This document shows positions 53,523 through 64,000 of a stretch of DNA of 64,000 bases, piece by piece. How positions within the stretch are numbered: position 1 is the stretch's first letter; the number at the start of each line of letters is the position of its first letter. Below the pieces are notes generated by a model, which was not told the origin of the DNA, did not search any database, and saw only the letters and a list, made by a program, of their open reading frames with translations. Position numbers and translations under genes: made by a program. Where the stretch lies: contig CM082584.2 in the NCBI GenBank assembly GCA_040954595.2, forward strand, positions 11,870,552 to 11,934,551, given 5' to 3'. The DNA comes from Balanoglossus misakiensis (Eukaryota; Animalia; Hemichordata).

Positions 53523-56115
53523 CCCGATCAATGCGATGACTTGCCCTCCGAAGTTGATGCCATTAAAAGGAAATGGGAATCGGGTTCTGGTCGATCTGTC
53601 AATAGAACAGAAAGTTCGAAATTGAAGCAGCCATCTGTATCACGTGACATCTTGACACTATTTTCTCTCGGTGAACAAGTCGATCGTTGATGTGCGTTTT
53701 TTTTTTGTGTGTGATGGCGAGGTATAAAAATGTAGAAAGTCAATTATGCAAATATTGGATCAACAGAATTAAACAAATCTTTCTGATTTTGTTTACTAAC
53801 TTGATACCCACCTCTTGTTAAATCTCTTAAAATTAAATCATCGGTTTTCTTGAGTGAAAAAAACTCTGAAAGATGAGTTAGCTTCTTGAGGATGCGGTGT
53901 CAAAGAGGCGTGGGCACATTAATTGCGTTGTTTACTCAGAACTGTAATTCTTAAGACGATTCCATGAAATTTGGCAAATCATGCCCGATGACGCCCCAAG
54001 CAACTTAACACGCGATGACGCTGTTTAGAAACGGCTTCTATGTTACAATAGCGACAAAAAGACCCAATGGAAAACGTACGTGCTCACTGCAAAGATGTTT
54101 TGGAAAACCTTCTTTGCCAGTGGTTATATGCCAGCACAAACCAAAACCGTGAATAAAATCGTTGTCAACGCCCGTTAACTGCTCAGTGGACGATGATCGA
54201 CGGCTTCGTTCACTGGTGACGTTTTAAAAATAACTTTGGCTGTAGATTGTGCCGAAAACGTCGCATCGCACTGTGGTGACATATAGAATATGTATCAAAC
54301 ATCGCCTTTACATCAGGTCGCTAGGGAGGCTATGCGTGCGCATTGCCGGATAGCCTAGGTACACGAACGCGTACATATGGAGAGAGAGTTTGATGCGTCG
54401 CGCATCGCGTATTTTCGAAGTCAAGATAACTTGAAAGCTTTGTGTCGTCGTTAAACTACCCATCAATCCAGAGAGGAAATGCGTCCTTGCATCTGCTTGG
54501 CACAGAGAGACTGCTAATCGGTGTAACCCTTCGCCACCCGAGAACTTGAAAGAAGAGTGGATAGTAACTGCTCTTGTGTTCACCTCAAACGGACATAGAT
54601 AAATTTGGAATAGCGATCTATCGGTTATATTTTCACGGACGGGAAAAGTTACCAACGTCGCTTTCGTTCCTGGACCATACCTTGAGTACCTACAGCAGAT
54701 AGATCGTGATCCCGACGACGTTGATATAGTGAGTAGGCATATTCAGTACTCTCTAAGGTTTATCGCATGTGGCCGACGCTTGATTTGTCGCTGTTCGTGT
54801 TCAACAGCTTCAAAGTAATTTTCCCTTGAGACGCGTGAAATATTACAGATTAAAGGCAAAACAGGTTTCCATTTGAATCTAATAGGACGTGCACGTAGAT
54901 TTAAATTTGAGAGAGAGACAGACAGACAGACAGACAGAGCGCGCGCATGGATGTAGGCCTACGTGTTTCAACTCTGATCAGACCCATAACTTGATAGAAT
55001 CAAACATCGATCCCTCTTATCAAAATGTCAACGAACGGGTAACATGTCTCTACAATTACGCAGCCGTCTGCTAACCCTGGAGATGCTTTTTTGTGGCGCT
55101 ATTAATAAGCAGTTACTTATAATAAGGCAAGCTTCTTTGTCATATAAACTTTCAACATACGCGTGTTCGAATTTCGCTTATACTGAAAAAAATGGCTTGC
55201 ACTTTTTGTGTAGGAGGCAATCTGCAGAAGTTCATTTAACGAACCGTGAATAACCCTATGTGCTGTGCCCAACACGCTATTTATTACACAAAATTTGAGT
55301 TGAACGGACCAATGACGCGCACTTCCGTTGCGATGATTCGCCGGTAAATGCCTCCCCGCAGTCAAAACCCGTTTGAACGCGTAATTACAACTTACAGTGT
55401 GCAAATTGCCAGCGTCTGTTACAAGCTTTCACTCTACGGGAGAGTGCGCAGTGTACACCTTTTGTACACCGATGAGTGCGTAGCTTCAATAGTCGGTATA
55501 TCTACTCCGATCTAAAACAAATAAATCCAGACGGATAAATAATGTATGTAACAGGTCCCTGTTTGCAACACCGACTAAATCATTTCTAGTACAATAGAAT
55601 CATCATCTTGTACTTTATAAACGTATTTATATGATAAATGAAAATTTAATCAATGGGTAATCATGGCACCCGCTGGCACAAAAAAAGTCTGCCACTCATG
55701 ACGAGTTTCTATCATTGATGATTCTTTTCTACATCTGTGATTCTGTATACACCTATAGTAAGTACCCGTCAATAGAGTTTTTGTAAAATCTCAGTATCGG
55801 TAGCAAACTTGACCAACAGAGCACCACATGCACACGTCACTGGTGATGCTGATTTACTCCATGTTATGTCATAAACCGTGTCGCACCGTATTTCATCGCG
55901 TTGTCATGGTTACCTGCCTCCCAGGCTCCCAAGGAAACACAGACACCGTCGTCATCCAAAGATTTATCGATGATGTCTGCGCGTGTTTGATGGCCCGCGG
56001 CGTCCAACCGGAGTCGGTTGAGACGGATGAAGAATCTTTTAAATTCTTTCCCTCAGGAGGAATGACAGTGCAGTACACTCGCTCTGAGGGGTTTGAACTG
56101 CTGTGTGTAACATGA
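53523..56115 (+). pseudogene. Decayed protein-coding gene of unknown family (large exon plus terminal exon)
   Basis: Protein-like translation across ~53520-54728 broken by TAG 54284, TAG 54356, TAA 54600 and a frameshift near 54451; donor GTGAGT at 54729; acceptor CTCCCAG| at 55924; terminal frame ...DTVVIQRFIDDVCACLMARGVQPESVETDEESFKFFPSGGMTVQYTRSEGFELLCVT*. Confidence 0.45.
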
Positions 56116-57187
56116 ACATTAATAATGGCATCTTTTGAATAATTCACAACGCAAAAATATAACCAAAATCCCCTAAACTCTCATTTTTTCCGTACGTGAG
56201 ATGCGGGTCCGAGTTTAATATAAATAGACAGGGTGTTAATATTGATATGCTTGCAAAATACCCAGGCCTTTCATTAACTCGCGTTTCGCGTCAAGCAAGT
56301 ATCTCAGCGTCGAGAATATGTTTTCATCTTCGTTGCCATGACTGCATCAGGTGGCATCACCTGAAAAGGTATCAGATGACGTACGTGTGTCATGTAACGC
56401 TTGTCGGTCAAGTGTAGGGTAGGCATCAGGAATTAGGTTCGCAGCGTGAGATTTCGTCAACATTCTCCAATTTCCAAACGCCGAACGAGCCTCTGATAAC
56501 AACCCCCCCCCCCCTCCCGGTCCGTGCGTCTCACATACACATGTCAAACGGAAATCATTATTCTGATGTCGCGGTGGCTACGTGCACGTGGATGAACAAT
56601 ACATTTTCAGTACAAACAACAACGCGAACGGCGTTGTGTTCAATCGTGCGCCGTTTCACGATTGTCTATAGGCACAAATGACTATACCTCAGTCGTGATA
56701 TTCTCTACACTGTTCTTGCTACCACCTACCGAGCGCTAATGTTCTGTGGATGTGCGCAATGAACTATAATCCCACTTCATACCCGAAGGTATAACCATTA
56801 GCGAACGCACTGGAAACTGCCATATTCTGTCGCTATAATCAACTGGACGCGAGTAAGATGAGCGAGAAGTCAACACTAAAAGAAAATCATATTTCGCTAT
56901 AGTGTCCCTGTGCATATCGCATATACGGAAGTTTAAAGTACAAATATAAGAAGTGGGGTGTCTAATACGAAATTAAACACTCCCTTCGGGCATTGTAGGG
57001 ATATTTCAAACAACATGTCTCCACGATGTCGAATCACCTTGGTGCTATTAGGGTCAACGAAAGATCACATTGCAACGACATCCTCAAAGGATTTGTCACA
57101 TAGTGATTTATTGCATTCGTTAAAGCTGGTTTGCATTTTCAACAAACTTTGTAAGGGAAATATATCCAGAATTACTTCACCAATCGT

Positions 57188-57241
57188 AGACAGACAGACA
57201 GACAGGCGGATAGATAGATGGATGGATAGATGGATAGATAA
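57188..57241. repeat. Compound tetranucleotide microsatellite (GACA/GATA/GGAT)
   Basis: Direct reading. Similar short arrays: (GT)n ~5181-5203, (GACA)n ~30621-30633 and ~54915-54936, poly-G 12135-12152. Confidence 0.85.
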
Positions 57242-59628
57242 ATGCAGAAACACTGCTCCAACATTGTTGAATCTTAAAGATATGCTACTTTAACTTGCTT
57301 GAAATAGGTGAATGATCAGGGCAGGGGATAGTTTTTACATCCCTTCTTTCCTTCTTTCGACCGCCATCATTTCAAGCGGAATATTGTTGGTTGTCCTTTG
57401 ATGCATCATTGATGCTTAGGAGGTCACAACGCTTGACAAATAAATCATTACATTTGATCACGACAATTGGCCTTCCACGTGACCACGTGACCCCTGTCAA
57501 ACCATGTTACGGCACACATGAGAACACTTCAGGAATAATTGCTTGAATTTTAAGGAGATAATCGCGCGGTAGGAATCTTCGTTCGGGGAATGATCGATTA
57601 GAGGAAGCGACCAGCGCTTGGTGTGGGCGAGTGTCGCACTCTATTACAGAGGGTTACCTGAATTATAGAATGACAAAAAAATCATTGTAGTTTATCTTAG
57701 AGCCCTAAGTTGTATTAATGTTTTGCCCTCCCATATGCACGGGCATTCATTTTTTGTTTCACTCTAATGTGTTTTAACAACAATTTACCTGAAGCGTATG
57801 TTTCACGATGGTCGTCTGCGTCGACACAAAGCAAAATTTGTGACAGATGACATAGCATTTTTAAGCATATGTTACTGAATTCATCATGCGTGTTTTATTG
57901 GACGTTATTGTATGTTATTTCACAATCGTCACTGCCAAGATTACCAACCGTAAATTCGCGAGGTTTGTTTTTCTCAAAGGGTTCTACAGTCAACAGTTCC
58001 ATACACAGACAAAGTGCCAATGTTTCTATATCTATAGAAATGTCAACGAATCAAAGTAATGGGTATTTAAACTCAGTGGCAGACTGCAGAGTGGGAACAA
58101 ACTTTCCTGGTAGATCCTGACATCTGTGTCACGTCAGTATATGCCGTGCGTGTTAATGAGTGGTTTATAAAGAGCCTTCAAACCGTGATAATATGTGCAG
58201 TGTTACTACTTATAACAGTTGTATGCGTTAACACAACACAGGCAACTTTGTAATGGACAATTTACATCATTTGAAACAGGTGGTATTGAAAGCCTCGCTG
58301 CACTTTTTCGCCAACTGTACTCGCCAATAACCTTTATTTAAGCATGTCATATCGCGAATTTATTTTGTAAGGTCACTTTTTTGTGTGTACTGATTTCTCT
58401 GCCCCTTAACTTCGTCGTGCACTCTAGTTTTTGTCCAGGATACCCCCCCCCCATTCCAGCAAGAGTACTAAGGCGTTCAGCGTGAACTGTTCTCGTGTGT
58501 CATGGCGTCTGCGTTTATAGGATTATTTCCTGCTTGTTCTCTGGTGTCTTCAGATCCCAGATTGTGTTGCATGAACGTCGTCCGTCGGACTGACAAACAT
58601 GTATCTCAGATTAGCAACAGTACCGGCATTACTTCCTCAAAGCTTGCGAGAAATATAAATGTTCACGTTGTCACTCACGGAGTACTTATGAAGATCTTTG
58701 TCGGAGTCGTGATTTTGTTTGAAAGGCACACTAACAGCGAATAAGTCTGACCCTTACAAATTCAAATAGGTGTTTTCAAAATCATAATGTGTACGCTTTG
58801 ATGCCGCAGCAGATAGCATGTAAAGAGGCATCTAATCCCACCTTCAATCATATACCCCGGGGCGGAATGATTTGCAGTGTTAACCTCCAATGCACATGCG
58901 CATACATGCATCAGCATTCTAACGCAGTTCGAAATGGGATCATGGATCCCGGAGCTGATCTCATGAACATCCTCTTCGGACAGTCGTTAACCGAGACAGC
59001 GATTTCTTCCTAATCTATAACTGTACTGATTATGTTAATGCTGGGAAAAAGCGATTTCCTTTCTTATCCTACTGTCTCCATGACAACTAAAATTAAGGGC
59101 ACGCGTAACCTCGTGTAAATATTCCCGTCTGTGTCTTTTTCGGTAGGAGAGAATTGAATATATTGACGGAGACACCCAGAGAAGACAATGAAACGAAGAC
59201 ACATCCAGCGAAATTGTGCATACGTCAGCATCATCCTCTTCGCTTTTTATAGAGGTAGGTGTGAAAAAAGACATTTCGTTTTCTAAGCGCATTATCACAA
59301 TTATTGCGAGCACGATAATGTGTACATTCGATTGGTGTTCCATATTTATGGTGTAACTTTTGACAGAACAGCAGTCATTCTGTTCCCATTCACAAACAAA
59401 CAGGTGAAAATGTGCGATTGTTGATAAACATTCCGAAATTAATTACCACCGTGCCAACCTGTTTCGGGCTGACATTCAGTGTTCAGTGACTGTGGTAGAC
59501 CGAATTTAAATAGCCGTCAAAAATTAGAAAGCGTACCCACATTGTTATCACGTGATACCACACAGGGTGCATTAGTTAACTTTAATTTCCGAAATTTGAC
59601 TATGGACGAAAATAGAAAGATTTCTCAG

Positions 59629-59718
59629 AATTGTCCATCCTAGCAAACTCAAACACGACCACTAAAAACATAGGAACATTCATTTTTATTATGTTCGCAT
59701 TAATCGTGATAAATTTAG
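59629..59718 (+). CDS. Probable signal-peptide exon of the nAChR subunit
   Basis: Acceptor TTTCTCAG|, frame ELSILANSNTTTKNIGTFIFIMFALIVINL, phase-1 donor G|GTATGG that joins 62520 to give ...MFALIVINLVTVSTEHHHRL. An internal ATG at 59691 could be the start. Confidence 0.5.
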
Positions 59719-62519
59719 GTATGGATGTTGTATTAGGGGTGGCATTCGCGCGCTCGCAAATCAAAGTGTTTTCCTTTTGTGAGGATGTTGAATACAACAC
59801 GAAATTAACGTTGACGCGAATATGCTAGTCAACATTTGTGCTATAAAGTGTTTTAATCTCATGTTATACACCCGGTGATTTCGGAAGCCACATCGACACC
59901 AATCAATCAATTGATGTAGGATTATAGCGTTGAATAAACTTGAGTGTTAACGTTTTAATACACTATCGCCCTGGGCCAACGGGCACGCTCACATTTAATC
60001 CCCAATTAACTAACACCCCAATAAAAGCTTACGTTTTACCATTTAATAATGTAGTGCGTTCAAATCATCGTTTTTCATGTTGTGTAATGCACTTTTAGAG
60101 TTACCTTCACCATGTTTGACAGCGGGGACAACAAGAAAAAATAGTGAAACGTGTTAGTATATTAAACACATCCGTCGAAGAACCTATCTCCATAAATAGT
60201 AATACACTTTTTATTAGATCGTGCACTGTACACAGTGACGCAATCGAATGGATCACGAAAACAACATATAGGCGGTAAACCACGTTGGATTAATGTTAAT
60301 GTTTTAACCTTTAACCTCTGGTGTAAATAATGTCGATGAAATGTTTACTTCTGGGGTTATCCAATATTCAGTCATTCCAAATATATAAGGTCACATCTAA
60401 TTTAATTCCATATATGGACAAAAGGGCGTCACTGAGAGGCACTTTTTTCACGTGGCCACCCACTGAAAGTCTACTTGTGGCTGGCTAGATCTCAACTTTC
60501 CATGGAAACTGTTGCTAAATTTGCATAGATGACCGTATACCTTTAACTAAGCAGAATGGGTAAGAGCTAAACGACCATTGTGGGTGGTTTCCATTCGTAG
60601 CGCGGTACCTTTGAGCATTTGTTATTGGCGGCTTTGCGAATCAACCTGCCATTATATTTCACAAGGTGGTGCATTTCTGTTGGTGCTATTAGCGGGTGGA
60701 TCTGTTGTTCGCGAGGTTAAGCTGATGAGGGCAGCGTAGGTTCCGAAAGTGTCCCCCCCCCCAAACAACAGATGCACGCCATCAAATGTGCCATCTGAAC
60801 GTCAGTAATTCAAAGGTCGGCATCGTTATCGACCAGTCCCACAGATTCGAACTTTTCTACGTATAAGAGCAAACCACCCGGCACTCAAAAAATCATTTCA
60901 TGCCGCTTCTGTGGAGATGCCTCATGGATGAGTATGATCTCATGTTTTCCCTTCTTCGGGCTGTCTTGTTCTATTTGTACTAAAATGAGTGCAATTAGCC
61001 AACGGATTGAAAACTTCCCCGAAGTCTTATCTGTCCACTCATGATTTCAGAAATCCTTTGACGTATTCCTACTCGAGCCTTCATTAGCAATCATTTGTTA
61101 TTTCTCTGCTTCGAATCTTTCCTTCAAATGAAATGTTTTGTCTACTGATACGGCAAATAAGAGGGAAACCTTTTCGCCGGCCCGGTAAATGCCCAGACAC
61201 GTGACTCTGCCATAGCAACCGTTGCCATTTACCGTAATCACCCCCAAATGAGGAGGATTTATCCTGAATCGCTTCAATTACCAATTTCCCTCAATGTCTC
61301 GTTTGGCTTTCTCTCCTCGAACACCGAACTCCATCGGTCGATGAGGGCTTCGGTCAGTTTAATATCAAACATCAGTTAGATGGTCGTCGCGAGCAGTTTG
61401 TAGCTTCGAAAAAAAAAAATCGCGTGAGTAATTCAGAAATCCACCGTATTTTATCGCTCGTTTTGTTTCTTGGGTCATGTCATCAAAAATAATGGAAATG
61501 GTGATTAACTTTCATATCAGCTGAGCGATCGGAGACAAATTGTGCAGAGTAGTAACGAATATTTTCGGAATAGATGGTATTCCATTAAAATGTTCAAGCG
61601 GTTACAACTAGCTGTATTCCGCTGGTGCTATGTAATTGCCTGTTATTAACCTTAAGCGAGAATCGGATCAGTATATTTGATATCATTACACATCACGTTT
61701 ATTTCTCTATAACTGTATGAACTTAATTACGCACATCAGTGGACAATTTACTATCATGCTGGTGCAAACTGTAGCGATTTGACCGAGGCTAACAAGGGAA
61801 ATATGTTCAATAGACAATTTTCCGAAATCAAGAGAATCTCGTGTGATGTTTAAAAAGTCGACCTTGAGCGAGAATCGGCCTGACATGATCGACAACTGAA
61901 AGGACCGTATTTTCTTTAGAACTTCCGCAAAAAGATGGTTCTCTAACCCTAACAGATCATGCCGTAACAATTATCAAAATTTTCGCGGCTGGTAAATCAA
62001 TTGCGCTTGTCGTTTACGTCTTTGTATAGTTATTGAGGGTGAATAAGCGTCGACAATTTTATGAATATGAAATTTTATCAGTCGGTTTTTATATTCTACG
62101 CACAATTGTGGCCATTGGACCGATCAATGCTTGACTTGATTTCAGGGATTAAGTATATGCACACGCATAATTCAAATCTGAATACTTCAAACATTGCTCA
62201 TAGAACGCTGCGTGATCGGAATAATTCTACGCTGTAAATTTGCATAAATGCATAAATGCGTCATTACGCCGGATAAGAAGACACATAAAGTTTAGAGATG
62301 GGGTGTTGAAATTTCTCGCATCTTGCGAAATGTCAAAGACAGGTCGGAATAATAAACCTGTTCCGACCAACGAGTCAGAGTACGTGTTTTAGGCTTTAAG
62401 AGCAACTTTGGTATTAACTAGCGCAGATCAAAAGTAACCGAATCAGTTTCAACATCTTCTGTCACTTAAAAGTTTATTATGATTCGCGGTGACATAATGT
62501 CGTTCTTTTTGACTTGCAG

Positions 62520-63639
62520 TGACTGTCTCAACAGAACATCACCACAGACTCGTGACGGATTTATTCAAACCAGACAGGTACGACACCATCGTAAGGCCGG
62601 TGCTTGATAAGGACACTCCCACGGACATTGAAATGAAGCTTTTTGTTTCACAAGTGTTGGACATGGTAAGGATTAAAACATGAGCAAGTGAATATTGCAT
62701 AACTATAAGACCTCAAAGAAAATCAATTTTGGCACTTTGTTGTGCTGTGCTTCAAATAAAAGTGTCCTGTTTTCGTGTCACGAAATTACCATCTTTTAAA
62801 TATGCATTCCATCTCTTAATTCACAGGATGAGAGAAAACAAACTTTGAAAACTAACGTCTGGTTGACACTGGTAAGTTAACATGTCTCTCTCTCTTTCTA
62901 TCTATCAATTTATCTATCTCCCGCCCTCTCTCATGTGAGTGCAAATACACTCATCAGACATCAGGTTCAATTATCATGTATATTTACGCGTAAGGAGGTA
63001 TTTAAACTGCTGGCATTCATGGCAATATGTCCTTCGCGCTCTTCAAATGCAACATTCTTCAATTCTCAAAAGTAATTACAAATAGATTGTTCGGTATTAA
63101 CAATTACCACTGACATGTTAACCAAGATAAATGCCACTATTAACTTACATTTTTGCACATTATCGAGGCAGATTGTAATTTTTTCTCACGTCTTAACAAA
63201 AGTGACGCGTGTTGTGGTCTGTCACACATTTACCGCTTTGACCATGATGGCGGGTAACTCGGTAGCAATTATGAAAGTGTTTTCGAACAACTGAACATCC
63301 GCCCAATTTGTCATTGCGCGGCTAACAAACCACAATTGCTCCGTCGTCTGACGAGACTGTTGAGCAAAGGAACTATCAGTAACCATTACAAACGTTTACT
63401 CGTGTAATTGCCAATTAGGAATAATTTATAGCGACATAGAAGAAGGAAAAAAAACGTTACAATCCACAGTCTCAGTCGCAGCCATTGTTAAACGGCTCAC
63501 ATACTATTTTTATGATTCACATTTTAAAGGAATGGTTTGATGAATTCATGGTGTGGTCCCCAGAAGACTACAACAATATAACCAACATAAAAGTGCCGTC
63601 AGAGAAACTATGGATGCCAGATTTAACACTTTATGACAA
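62520..63639 (+). CDS. Nicotinic acetylcholine receptor-type Cys-loop channel subunit, N-terminal exons (partial, continues beyond window)
   Basis: Exons 62520-62665 (HRLVTDLFKPDRYDTIVRPVLDKDTPTDIEMKLFVSQVLDM), 62827-62871 (DERKQTLKTNVWLTL, 45 nt) and 63530-63639 (EWFDEFMVWSPEDYNNITNIKVPSEKLWMPDLTLYD, 110 nt). The 45/110-nt exon sizes are typical of nAChR genes. Missed by the ORF track. Alpha versus non-alpha cannot be called because loop C is outside the window. Confidence 0.92.
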
Positions 63640-64000
63640 GTAAGTTCACGTGAAGGCGTTTATTTTTATTCACCCAAACTTTATCAATACAGTAATCGAT
63701 CGTCTGCGATGGATTATGATATTTACATGATCCTCCGCATCTGCTACAATCATTATATACAGATGCTTCCGTTAATACTTTTTAAGCATCCATAAAATAT
63801 GATTCTGGATTTTGTTCAGATCTTATGAAAATCTTGCTTTGTGTATGTACCCATGTGTCTCTTGTACAAGTGATTGAAGGCTTTCACAGAATGCGGACCA
63901 TATGGGTATGCCGCATGCTGATCGATTATAACAAAATCCTGTCCAGATGCCAACAAAAGCTACGTTATATTAGAGACAGTATAATACCGTATCCATGTTA

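Noticed and set aside
62342-62368. 8-bp stem-loop GGTCGGAA...TTCCGACC in the nAChR intron
   Set aside because: Short enough to be chance; no supporting context.

Overview
Eukaryotic (metazoan) genomic DNA, intron-rich and AT-rich; most likely an invertebrate deuterostome such as a hemichordate, which is inferred from protein similarity only. I assembled seven complete spliced genes by hand, each with GT-AG boundaries and a total exon length divisible by three: FAF1 (+), CAPSL (-), MTAP (+), MFSD1-like (-), CLCA-like (-), PHF24 (-) and IFT74 (+). The 5' part of a nicotinic acetylcholine receptor subunit gene (+) runs off the right edge, and a possible divergent 5'UTR runs off the left edge. 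Most short ORFs in the supplied track are exon fragments or noise. Notable points: the IFT74 start codon is split by an intron (AT|G); IFT74 has a U12-type last intron and an 8.9 kb penultimate intron; PHF24 has canonical EF-hand loops; MFSD1-like has a glycosylation-rich loop and a C-terminal dileucine signal; both convergent gene pairs have opposed polyA signals; there is a perfect 44-bp palindrome, a TTAA-flanked MITE family and a decayed unknown gene; and the gene set matches the vertebrate 1p/9p/19p/5p paralogon. I found no evidence for a wholly new multi-gene system. Comparisons with human proteins are from memory and need alignment.
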